A stretch of DNA of 64,000 nt, taken from positions 204,139,682 through 204,203,681 of the forward strand of contig NC_058132.1 in the NCBI RefSeq assembly GCF_016433145.1. Reading direction: 5' to 3'. Shown one piece after another: positions 34,415 through 46,083 of the stretch; the stretch's first letter is position 1; every line of letters begins with the position of its first letter. The notes under the pieces were generated by a model that was not told the DNA's origin, did no database searches, and saw nothing but the letters and a program-made list of their open reading frames with translations. The translations under genes and the position numbers were made by a program. The DNA is from Gracilinanus agilis (taxonomy: Eukaryota).

Positions 34415-34632
34415 CAGTGATGGTGAACCTTTTAGAGACTGAGTGTCCAAACTACAACCTTCATACCACTTGTGAGCCTCCTGTTTTGCCCCAGACAGGG
34501 GAGGGAGGAAGCCCTTCCATTGGGCTGCTGGGCAGAGAGATGGGCAGTGGGAGAAATGTTCTCAGGTGCAGGGGAGGGGAGCAGCTTCCTCTGGCATGCT
34601 TTGGTACATGTGCCTTCAGTTTGTCCACATGG
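34415..34632. mobile_element. 218-bp hAT MITE, copy 1 (HINFP intron 9)
   Basis: Left end CAGTGATGGTGAACCTTTTAGAGAC; degenerate right end; imperfect TSD GTTTAGGG / ATCTAGGG. Interrupts a CORE-SINE; alignable with copy 2. Confidence 0.75.
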
Positions 34633-34950
34633 ATCTAGGGTCACCCACCTAATAAGAATCTGAAGTAGGATTTGAATTCAGGTCTTTTTGACTCCCAGCT
34701 GGGCAATCTGTTCAGTGGTTCACATAGTAAGAGTCTTTTTCCCCTTTCCAATACATTTTCCTTTCCATAAAGACCTCCCCCTTCCCCCCTCTCCCCCCCA
34801 GCATTGGTTATGACAGGTTCCTATTCTCTCTCTTCTTCCTTGCATCATTGATATCGTTGCCCACTCAGGCCTCTGGAGTGGCCTGTGTCTAGGCTTCCTC
34901 TGCCTCTGTGGGTGGGGATGTTTCCTTCTTCTTATGGCCCTGCCCCCCAG

Positions 34951-35401
34951 GTACAAGGAGCATGAGGATGGTTACATGCGCCTGCAGCTGGTCCGCTACG
35001 AGAGTGTGGAGCTGACTGAGCAGCTACTGAGGGAACGAGAAGAGCAGGGGGCTCCCGGGCCAGGGGCAGCACTGACTGAGGGCAGCCTGCAAGGTATTCT
35101 CCTAGAGCCTGGGCCTGAGGAGGAGGAGGAAGAAGAGGAAGAAGAGGAGGCAGAGGTGGAGGAGAGTGAAGAGGCAGCCCCTTCAGCATCTGCCTCCCAG
35201 GACTCTCCCAGCCCTGTCATTCATGTGCTGAACAGGACCAATTCCCAAGGCGAGCATGAGACAGTCTATTATGTCCTGGCCCCAACCCCTGGAGTTCAGC
35301 CCCCTGGGCCAGGAGAGGGAGCCCCTGACCCTGATCCCCCTGACAGCATCATGGAGAAACTGCACAGGACAGCTGAGGAGCTGGGAATCTTGATAGAGTG
35401 A
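34951..35401 (+). CDS. HINFP: HINFP exon 10 (last coding exon)
   Basis: [26 protein letters not shown]...poly-E...[17 protein letters not shown], stop TGA 35399-35401. Confidence 0.94.
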
Positions 35402-36166
35402 GGGGCTCAGGGGCCCACTCCCTTCAGTGTCCAGCTGAACCATTGTTTTCTCATCTTGGATTTGAGATTGGCTCTTTTGTTTTTTTTTTTAATTTTGCTC
35501 TTCTCACATCCCTCTGCTATGGCCCACTCTAAAAAGAAGGGCTTTCTGAACCACCCTTGGAAACAAGTGTGAGGGGTAGTACTGTGTGGTGAGGGGAGAA
35601 GTCTCTTAGTCTAAGAGCCAAACCTGAGAGGAAAGAGTTGTCTGGGATTGGGAGGAAGCTATTCAGGGGATACTTTTGAGAGATCAATGTTTGGGTCATC
35701 ATGACCCTAAGGACAAGAGACATCTCTTTCAACTCTGACTGCAGAACAGTCCATGGTTTAGAGCAGTCTCACCAGGAAACTGGCCCATGGACAATGTGGC
35801 AACAGCTCTGAAAGTCTCCCCAAGATTTGGATCCTTGATAGGTGCAATGTTTTGGGGATAGACGGGGATCTCAGACTAAACTTCAAACCTCAAGCCTGTT
35901 GAACATAGACAATGTTCTTTAAGGGACTCTGAATCATCCTGATTTCCTGGGACTGCCAACCCTGGGTGTCTCAAGGCCATCCCCTATTTCTTAAGGCCTT
36001 TATCATTTCATTTAGCCCCCATCCCCAGGCCAAGAGGCTTCATCCTGGTCTCTAGGTTCTTCCCCCATCCCTGTGTGTGGGTTACTCTCAGGGAAAAGGT
36101 TAGGGGAAGCATTGATGAGGGGTGCTGAATATCAGTATGATTGTATAATGATTTTTTCCTCTTGGC

Positions 36167-36172
36167 AATAAA
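36167..36172 (+). terminator. HINFP: Probable HINFP polyadenylation signal AATAAA
   Basis: Canonical hexamer about 765 nt after the stop codon, followed by a U/GU-rich stretch. Confidence 0.65.
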
Positions 36173-37153
36173 CACATTATGCCTGTCTTATGTTCCTTTA
36201 TTTCTCATGAGCCCCTGACCCTCCATCTGCCCATTCCAGGTCGAGGAATTAAGGTTCTTTTCCAGGCTCAGATGCCTGCCCCTTTTAGCTTTACCACTTC
36301 TGCTTCTGGTTTGGTGTGGAGTCTTCCACTGGCTGAACAGTTAGCTATGGGGGAGGAGAGCTGACATGTCCAACAACCAGCTGGGTACCTGTCTTTCTAA
36401 CCATGGCTACACTTTTTAGGATAGGTTGACCAGGGTGGGGGTGCTTCGTCACTAAGAGGCTCTTGCTCCAGACATAGAAAAACCTCATATTCCTATTGCT
36501 TGCCTTACCTTGAAGATGGAAGACTGGGAGACTCTTTCCCTTAGGTACCAACATTTAGTTGGTCAAGCTAGTGTAGCATGAACCGTCAGGATGGGCTGCA
36601 GGGAGAGAGTTAGACTTGGGTCCCATTGAGGTAGCACTCCTATATGCTTGAAATTTGAAGTCAAAGAAGTGTTGCCCTAGGTCTGTGTTGGCAAATCTAT
36701 GGCACATGTGCTAAAGCATACTAGAGGGAGCTGCTCCCTTCCCCCTCTCCATGTGCATCTGAGGGCGTTTCTCCTATCACCTGCCCCTCTGCCCAGCAGC
36801 CCAATGGGAGCGCTTCTTCCCTCCCCTGTCTTGGGTAAGGTTGGGGGGCTCACATGTGGGGTGAGGGTTATGGTTTGGTCACTCCATCTCTAAAAGGTTT
36901 GTCATCACTGCCCTCAGTCTTTGGGTTTGGGATAATGGGAATTACTGTTTTTAAGACAGTTGTAAAGAAAGTCCACATAAGAACACCAAGCAATGGGGCA
37001 GCTACATGTGGACATACCAGATTGGATTCTCTTCTCTTGCTCTTGTTTGCCTTTGAGATTTGAACTTCCTGACCACGCGAGGGCACACTTGAAAGTTACA
37101 GGATAAGGCTTTGACAGTTAGGTTAGAGGCAATTCATTTTCTAGGGACTAGAG

Positions 37154-37371
37154 CTGTAATGGTGAACCTTTTAGAGACTTGAGTATCCAAATCACAACCC
37201 TCATACTACATGTGAGCCCCCCACCTTACCCCAGATAAGGGAGGAAGGAAGCACTCTCATTGGGATGCTGGGCAGAGGGGCAGGTCATGTGAGAAATGTC
37301 CTTAGGCTCATGTGGAGGGAGGGAAGGGAGCAGCCCTTTCTGGCACATGTGCCATGGGTTCACCAACATGA
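37154..37371. mobile_element. 218-bp hAT MITE, copy 2 (downstream of HINFP)
   Basis: Left end CTGTAATGGTGAACCTTTTAGAGAC; right end GGTTCACCAACATGA; imperfect TSD GACTAGAG / GACTAAGG. Confidence 0.78.
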
Positions 37372-37828
37372 GACTAAGGACTTCCTAGCAGGCCTGTGGG
37401 GTGCAGGGCATACTGGCAACTAGGCTGTAGTTTTTAGTCTGCTGACCCGAGCAGGTTTTGGGACCAGCCTTCGAATCTGGAGAGAGCTGGATTAAATCTG
37501 GAATCAGTTCAGTTAATTATGGACTATTGTATAGAGAGCCAAATCCCAGTGGAATGGAGAACCAGAACAATTTCCAGAAATTGCAATGGCTTTCCCCTTC
37601 TATTCCTCCTTATTATAGTTGCAAGACTAGGAGCCCCAGAAAGCAGCACCAACCCTCTTTCTTTTTTTCCAATCTGGTGGTGTGAAAAGAGGTTCAATAA
37701 TGTCATTAGGCAGCATGTATATGTAAGCACACTGAAATTTTCCCTTGCATTTTCAGTATGTTGGATATACAGACTGCTGAATATTACACAGTCTTATAAA
37801 TGTCTAGGTTGGTTGACAGATAACTTTT

Positions 37829-38023
37829 TTTTTTTTTTTTTAAATTTTAAACCCTTAACTTCTGTGTATTGACTTATAGGTGGAAGATTGGTAAGGGTAG
37901 GCAATGGGGGTCAAGTGACTTGCCCAGGGTCACACAGCTGGGAAGTGTCTGAGGCTGGATTTGAACCTAGGACCTCCTGTCTCTAGGCCTGGCTCTCAAT
38001 CCACTGAGCTACTCAGCTGCCCC
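37829..38023 (-). mobile_element. Young SINE with 15-bp TSD
   Basis: TSD TGACAGATAACTTTT at 37814-37828 and 38024-38038. Confidence 0.88.
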
Positions 38024-38739
38024 TGACAGATAACTTTTGGTGGGGAAGAGGGGTGGATAGAGGATGCATAATGAACTTGGAAGCTATTGATTTTTTGGCA
38101 TAATATTTAATAACCCTTAGGTTAGAATTCAGAACCCAGGATGAGTTTCTTTCTTGGTGGGCCTTGTGAAGCCAACTTTTTGGCAGGGATGGGCTGCCTG
38201 CAATGTGTGCACACATCAAACTTTGATGGGACTACTGACCTGACAGAGCACATTACCCCCGAGGGCAAATGGATACTGAAGTATAACAATACTAGATTCT
38301 TTTTTTGGTTAAGGGTAAAATGACACTATCTGTTTAAAGGTGTATAAACAGAGATTTTGAACCTTGGACTTCATCCCCCATAAGTCTTTAGTTTTCCCAA
38401 AATTCCCTTTAATCTCTCCTGCATCTCCATGTTTGCGTGGTCATGTTATTGTTTCATATTTGGCTGTAACTCCTCCCTCTTTCTCTTTTGTTCCTGGGAG
38501 CTGGCCAGTTAGTAACCTTTTAGTTAGGTCTCAGTTTATTATAAATAAAATATTCATAAATATAATAGTAAGTATTTTTCATATTAATTTTTAAATCCAC
38601 AAAGACTTATGGAAAACAGGATGCAAGGGGTCAACTAGTACTCATTTTGTGAAGCATACTCATGTAATTTCAATCATGGTATCACTTTTTTCATAAACCT
38701 GAGATGAGTAGAAGGAGTGAGCCTGAGAGAAGATAAATG

Positions 38740-39220
38740 AGGAGAGATGGGTTAAAGCTAAAGGGCAGGATGGAGAAAATGGGCAGGTCTCCAAGGGAGG
38801 AAACTTAACCAGTGAGTTCAGGAAAAGTCTTCTATTTTCTGATGCAAGTGAAGTGAGCAGAACCAGGAGAACAATGTACACAGTAATAGTAATATTGTAT
38901 GATGAAGAACTGTGAAGGGCTAAACTGTTATCAACAAAGCAAAGTTCTAAGATATCCACAAGGGACTCATGATGAAAAATGCTATCCACAGCTAAAGAAT
39001 GTTAGAATTTGAGTGCAGATCAAAGCTTGCCATCTTCTGTTTACTTTGTGAATTTTTTTTGAATATGTGATATGTGTCTTGTGCCATAGCATGAGCAATA
39101 TGAAAAAAAATATTGCATGAAAAAGCACTGTTATAACCTACATCAGACTATTTAGTGCCTTGGGTGGGAAGAGGGAAGGAGGCAGAGAATCTAAAACATA
39201 AAATGTCAGAAAACAATTGG
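38740..39220 (+). mobile_element. Old L1 3' end fragment
   Basis: GCAAGTGAAGTGAGCAGAACCAGGAGAACAATGTACACAG...GATGAAAAATGCTATCCAC, typical of marsupial L1 3' ends. Confidence 0.6.
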
Positions 39221-40653
39221 TAAAAATTGTTTCTAGGGGCAGCTAGATATCTTAGTGGATTGAGAGCCAGGCCCAGAGATGGGAGGTCCTGGGTTAAAAT
39301 CTGGCCTCAGACACTTCCCAGCTGTGTATGACTCTGGACAAGTCACTTAATACTCATTGCCTAGCACTTACCATTCTTCTGCCTTGGAACCAATATATAG
39401 TATTGATTCTATGACAGAAGGTAAGGGTTTTATTTTTTTAATTGTAATTGAAAAAAAAGTTAAAAAATCAGCTCTTATTCAAGTTTTTGGTTGACAGATA
39501 CTGTTGCTTCCCATCATTGGGAATATTCCTCTCTCTCCAGTTCATCAACAAATATCTATTGAAATATGGATTAATTATCCTTTTTCCCCAATTCCATACA
39601 TTTGACGTCTCATGGAATCATTAGCTTCTATTTGGTCAATTTTAATTTTCAGAGAGTTATTTTCTTTGGACAGATTTTATACCCCTATTTTCAAGCTAGT
39701 AATTCTCTTTTCATATATTTCTTCCCTGACTAATTTTTTTCAATTTTTTTCTTCTATTCTCATTTGATTTTTGAAATAATTTTTTGGCTCTTTGCTTAAT
39801 TGTTTTTATTTTATTTTCAGTTCTAAATTATATCTTTTCTTTTTACATACTATTTTTCCAATTATATAAAAGTTTTAAATTTGTTTTTGAAAATTTTTGA
39901 GTTCAAAATTATCTCCTCCCCTTGTCCTTCCTAAAATAGCAAGCAGTTTGATATAGGTCATACACATGCAATCATGCAAAACATGTAAGCTTTCAGTGCT
40001 CACAAAGTGATGTGATTTGGAATAAAGTCTGATCACTTCCTTTCCAGTCTAAGCTCTGCATTTTCCCCGCCCAGGTTTGGATTTGTCAACTGTCCCTGGT
40101 TTGAAATTTCAGTTAGCTGCTACTAGACTCAGTCACTATTAGCCTGCTGGGAGGCTCTGCTGATTCAGGATGACTGAATTATAAGCTTCCCTTTGGTCTG
40201 GATCCTATGTCTTGGTTATTCCACTGCATGCTTCCACAATAGGCTGTAGGCTAGAACTGAGTCCCTGTTCTACTCCTGGGATCAGAGCCACACAGTTCTG
40301 GTATGCTTCTAAACTTGTTCCTTGCTTGGTACACAGATAGGACCCACAGAGAAGGTTGAAATCCCATCTCCACTTTGGATTTGAGACCCAGAAAACTGGG
40401 TGACAGAGTAGAGTTGGCAGATGGCCCCATTCCTACCCCCCAGGCTAGTTCAAGGATCCCCTGGGACTTTTCTGCCTTAGTGCTTCCTGCCATGGTGCCT
40501 AGTTTTATCCCCCTTTCAGTTTCTGCACATTCCTGTCCAGACCACGCTAGTGTCCACAGACCTTTCTCTCTGTCTCACTAAGCTAGCTGAGGTAGAAATT
40601 TAACTCATTGTGACTTCTTGACTTTCTATATAAAAATCAGAATTCTGTCTGGT

Positions 40654-40867
40654 GGGGGCAGCTGGGTGGCTCATTGTATTGAGAGCCAAACCTAGAGACA
40701 GGAGGTCCTACTAGGTTCAAATCTGGCCTCAGATACTTCCTAGCTGCGTGACCCTGAGCAAGTCACTTAACCTCCATTGCCTAGCTCTTACCATTCTCCT
40801 GCCTTGGAATCAATACATAGTATTGATTCCAAGACAGAAGGTAAGGGTTTAAGAAAAAAAAAAAAAA
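40654..40867 (+). mobile_element. SINE1_Mdo-type SINE with TSD
   Basis: Flanked by AGAATTCTGTCTGGTG / AGAATTCTCTCTGGTG (one mismatch). Confidence 0.8.
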
Positions 40868-42067
40868 GAGAATTCTCTCTGGTGTATTTTTTTAGATCTC
40901 TGGAGGAGGTTTAGTGGAAAGTTAGACTGAATTGCTTCCTCTTATTCCATTTTGATTCCTATTCCATTCTTATAGAATTGGGAGGGGAATAATACTGGGG
41001 CTGATGTTTTACTGGAAGGGTGAGGTGAGTGGTGAGTAGTTATTGTCTTCACTAAACAGTCTTCTTTGTCATGAGGGTGGCACCTGTGAACACGTTTGGA
41101 CATCTAATCCTACACTAGCTTCAGGGGAAAAAAGTATAAGAATAATGGGTGTGATAAAGACTAGAAGTTTTGAATGTTCAAAGAGGAGGATGTGGCCATA
41201 GAATACCTTTCATAACTTCAATGACTCCCAGTTTCCTCAAGGTTAAAATACAGACTCCTTTGTTTAGCATTTGATGTTTTTCATTCGTATCCTAGTTCTA
41301 ATCTTACTTGCTAGTTTATCAAGCACAATTCTCTTTTGAGTTATAGCTATACTGATCTAAGGTTCCCCATAGATGATGTTCCACCCCCTGCCACCATACA
41401 TTTGATAGGCTGTCTACCATTCCTGGAATATACTAACTCCTTACATCCACTTAGAGTTCTTAACTTCATCTTCAGGTCAACTCAAGTGCCACATCTTACA
41501 TGAGACTTTTCCTGATTCTCCCACATCAATAATGACCCCCAGTGGAAGCAGGTGAGGTGAGTGCTTAGAAGATGTGGCCACAGAATACATTTCATAATGC
41601 CAATGATTCATGCAAAATTCTTAGAGTTAGACATCAGAGAGATCAAGGTCATCTACTGTATCCAAAGCCATCAACTAGCCATCTTGACTTTTGTCTTGCC
41701 ACCAGATTTCAGCAACCCTGGAAGACTGAAAGAGGCCAATGACTTCATGTAGTTCCACCTCACTTAAATCCAATTCACTCAGAAGTCAAGACATCATTGG
41801 TCCTCTTTGAAAATGAAGGACAAGGAGCAGCTAGGTGGCACAGTGCACAGAGCGCCAGGCTTGGAGTTGGGAGGGCCTGGGTTCAAATCTGGCCTCAGAC
41901 ACTTCTTAGTTGGGTGACCCTGGGCAAGTCTCTTAATCCCATTTACCTAGCCCTTATTGCCCTTCTGCCTTGGAACAAATAGTTTCAATTCTAAGACAAA
42001 GTAAGGGTTAGAAAAAAAAAAGAAAGCAAAAGCTAAACAATAATGACCCTCAATTACTCTGGATTTA

Positions 42068-42150
42068 CTGTGTGTGTGTGTGTATGTGTGTGTGTGTGTG
42101 TATGTACACACACACGTACAAATATATATATATATGTATATATATATATA
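42068..42150. repeat. Compound (TG)n/(CA)n/(TA)n microsatellite
   Basis: Directly visible dinucleotide runs. Confidence 0.9.
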
Positions 42151-42819
42151 ATGATTACTTTTATGTGTATATGTCGTTTTCCCCACAGAATGTGAGCTCC
42201 TTGTAGGTAGGAAGTGCTTTTGTCTTTGAATTCTAAGTTCTTGGTACTAATCAGTGCTTAACAAATACTTGTTAAATGAATTACTCATGTTTATATTGCA
42301 AGTTAAGGTTTGGGGAAAAAAGAAATTTCTCTTACAATAATCCTGTAAGGTAAGTAGTACAACTATTATGAAAATGAGAAATTGAGGCTTAGAAAGCTTA
42401 TGTGAATTGCCAGAGATTACAGTGAGTAAGGGGTGTAGTCAGGATTTAAATCCAGTTCTTTCTTACAGCAGGTCTTGTGGTCTTTTTGCTATACCATATT
42501 GCTTCTTTGGCATAGCATATAAGCCTCATGAGGGTGGGAGTTGTTTTCTTGCTTTGAATTTCCAATACTTAGTATCATGCCTGCATTTGGTGGGTACTTA
42601 ATAAATGCTTGGAGATATGACCTATTTGGTTCCACACGATGGTCTAGAAATAACAATAAAAAGTGAGTCATATGGATTTTTTGGTTTCCCTATACATATA
42701 AAAGTGATGTTTACACTATACTGTAGTATAAGTATGCAATAGTATTATGTTAAAAAAAGTACATATTTTTTTAATAAAAAAGAAAAAACATCTTTTGTCT
42801 TAGAATTATTACTAAGTAG

Positions 42820-43206
42820 GCCATGTAGGTGGTTCAGTGGATTGAAAGTGAGGCCTAGAGATGGTAGGTCCTGGGTTCAAATATGGTCTCAGACACTTCC
42901 TAGCTATGTGATCTTGGGCAACTTACTTAATCCCAAATGCCTAACCCTTATAGCTCTTCTGCCTTGGAACCAATACTTGATGTAGATTCTAAGACAGAAG
43001 GTAAGGTTTTTTTGTTTGTTTGTTTGTTTTTTAAAGAATTAATGCCAAGTATTGGTTCCAAGGCAGAAGAGCAGTAAGGGCAAGGCATTTCAGGTTAAGT
43101 AACTTGTCCAGAGTCACCCAACTAGGAAGTGTCTAAGGCCAAATTTGAACTCAGGACCTCCCATCTCTAAGCCTGGTTCTTTATACACTGAGCCACCTAC
43201 CAGCCC
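42820..43206. mobile_element. Tail-to-tail inverted SINE pair separated by (TTTG)n
   Basis: Plus copy at about 42820-43010; minus copy at about 43030-43206. Confidence 0.75.
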
Positions 43207-44376
43207 TGTAAGGGTTAAAATTAAAGGTTATACTAAATGTATAAAAATGTGGTTGCTGAAAATATATTACTCAAGTCAGGATGACTTTTTATGGTAGCTT
43301 ATTTACAAAAGGAGAAAGAATGAAAGTAAAGAAATGAGAGAGAGAGTAGATAATTACTCTGGCCAGGTTCGAACCAGGGAGGGCTTCAGAGGCCCCAGCA
43401 AAGAGAGGCCTAGAGATAAATTAAACAAGGGTTCTAGCCATGAGGCTTCCTCCAAGACAAGGGGCCTCTCCAGAGGCTAATATCTCCAGAAAAGCCAGGA
43501 AAAGGAGTCAGACTTTTTCATTCACCCATGTGGTAGTTCAAAGGGAGAGATTAAAAAACAGTCTCAGGAATTCTGGGAAGATGGCAGTTTAGTCGGAGCA
43601 AATCTTAAAACCTCCGCACCCTTTCTACACCTAGATAGAAAACAATGCGCTTGGAGAAGAAAGAGGACCAAATCTAACAATGGGTCAGAGCAGGGGGATC
43701 CTATTGCTAGAGAGCTCAAGAGGTGTGCCTAGAAAAAGGCTTGAATTCTTGAACTGTTGGGTCTGAGGGTATAGAAGGGGAATCCCAGGATCTCTTCCCC
43801 CATACCCTGTGCGGAGTCTCCAGCAGCTCCTGAAATCTCTGAGCGGGCACACTGGCCTGTAGAGAGGGCCTTGCTGGCGCCAGACTTGAGGAGTTGAACA
43901 CAGGCATCAGGGAGGTGGCTGGAGGAGAAAGCTAGAGAAACACAGCAAAAACGCTTGGAAGATGGCAGCTTACCACACTGAGATAGAGAACAAAAGGGCT
44001 TCAAGAGGAAAGAAAACCAGGTCAAACAGCAGGACAGAGCAGGGGGACCCTACTGCTGGACAGCTCAGTGAAAATACTCCATCTTGTCCCCCACTTCTTT
44101 TTTTTCCCCCCTTCTGGAGGTTTTAGCCTCAGGGCACATTAAGCAATACAGACTAATCCAGTCCAGGCTTAACCCCATCAATTAGACAGACAAGAAGTCT
44201 TCAGAGGGTAGGGAAACTCCAACACTCCTCCCCCATAGACTGCAGAGAACTTAACTACAAACCTCCATTGCCAGCTGGGGGAAGATATTTCATCAAAGCT
44301 CATTAAATCCATCTGTTTAAACTAGAAGAACAGAGAAGGAAAAAATATTTGTAAACACCAGAAAAAGAGACAAGAA

Positions 44377-45371
44377 ATGACAATTAACAGCTTCTTTCTG
44401 GGAAGTGAAAAGAGAGCAAATGAAATAGAAGAAGAGGAGGAAGCTCCAGCAAATTGGACACAGGCTTTGGAAGATCTCAAAATTCAATTAACTCAAGAAC
44501 TTCAGGAACTCGGAAAGCAATCAATAGAGGCTGAAGACAATTTGAAAAAGGAAATACATGAACTAAAACAAGAAAATAAGGCATTAAAAGCCAGAACTGA
44601 CCAGCTTGAAAATGAAACAAAGAAGGCAAAAGATGATCTACAAAGAAAATCAGACTAGAAGGAGGATGACCAAAAGACCAGGGATGAAATTCAGTCTTTA
44701 AAAAATAGAACTCAGCAACTAGAAGCAAATGACTTCACAAGGCAACAAGAATATATAAAACAAAATTTAAAAAATGAAACATTTGAGGAGAATATGAAAC
44801 ACCTCATTGATTCACTGAAAGATCTGGAAAACAGATCTTGAAGAGACAATTTAAGAATTATTGGTTTTATCAGAACATCATGACAAAAGAAAAAGTTTAG
44901 ATATCATCCTACAGGAAATTATCCAAAAAAACTGCCCTGACATTCTTGAACAAGAGGGAAAAGTGGAAATTGAAAGAATCCACAGATCACCTCCTACATT
45001 TAATCCACAACTGACAACTTCCAGGAATATTATAGCCAAATTCAAAAACTACCAGACCAAGGAAAAAATATTACAAGCTACTAAAAAAGAAGTCATTCAG
45101 ATACCAGGGAACCACAGTTAGGATAACACAGGATCTGGCTGCATCTACGTTGAAGGACTGGAAGGCATGGAACATAATATTCCAGAAAGTAAGAGAACTG
45201 GGTCTACAACCAAGAATCAACTTTCCAGCAAAACTGACTATATTTTTGCAGGGGAAAGTATGGTCATTCAATAAAATTGAGGCCTTCCAAGCATTCGTAA
45301 AGAAAAAAACCGGACTTAAACAGAGAGTTTGCTGCTCAAACACAGAACTCAAGAGAATCACCATGAGGTAA
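44377..45371 (+). pseudogene. L1 ORF1p, disrupted
   Basis: Coiled-coil region, DLENRS*RDNLRIIG, IERIHRSP, RNIIAKF, ITQDLAAST, LGLQPRINFPAKL. Stops at 44656 and 44839 plus frameshifts. Confidence 0.9.
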
Positions 45372-45548
45372 TTAAGAGAGTGGTGGGGGGAATCTTTTCT
45401 TTAAGGGACCCAATAAGTTCAATTGATTTGTATCCCTAGAAGAAAAGAAGATATTGGCAAACATTAAAAATTGTTATTATCAACAGGGTAACTAGAAGAA
45501 GGTTACTTAGAGGGAACGGTGACAAACTGTATAGGATGAAATGTCAAG

Positions 45549-45550
<2 letters not shown>

Positions 45551-45590
<40 letters not shown>
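45551..45590 (+). repeat. (CA)n microsatellite in the L1 inter-ORF spacer
   Basis: Visible CA run. Confidence 0.9.
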
Positions 45591-45591
<1 letters not shown>

Positions 45592-46083
45592 AAACTAGAG
45601 GGAAAAAGGAGATAATATTAAGAAAAATGGAAAAACAAACAAAATGGAGTAAATTTATATTCCATAAAGAAGTGCATGGGGCGAATAGGGGAGAATATCA
45701 ATACACTCAAAGGGTAAAGAGGTTGGAGAGAGGAAATATTTAATACTTAAGTGCTTTGAAATCAACTTAAAGATGGAAGAACAATCAGACCCATTGGGGC
45801 AGAGAATTGATTCACGCCCTATAGAGAAGTAGAAGGATAACAAAAGGACTGGTGGGGAGGGAAGCAACACTAGGAAGGGAGAGGGTGGGGGGGTAGCTTA
45901 AAAAGAATAGCCTAAAAAAGAATAGGGGGTAGCCTGAAGAAGAATAAGAGGGGAATAAGAAGAGAGAGGGGAGAGAGGGAAGTACAATAAGGGAAGGGAT
46001 TAGGGGAACTGATTGAAAACAAAACACTGGTATAGAAGGAAATAGTGAAAGAAGAAAGGGCAGGACAAGGAGAGAGAATCAAA

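Larger units (their letters stand above)
28881..35401 (+). other. HINFP: HINFP (histone H4 transcription factor, MIZF) gene; 9 coding exons, 527 aa C2H2 zinc-finger protein
   Basis: The joined exons total 1584 nt with consistent phases; tandem C2H2 fingers; matches the recalled human sequence throughout. Confidence 0.95.

Noticed and set aside
34934-34950. In-frame ATG upstream of HINFP exon 10 (MALPPR) as an internal start
   Set aside because: Lies within the polypyrimidine tract of a normal acceptor; no promoter evidence.
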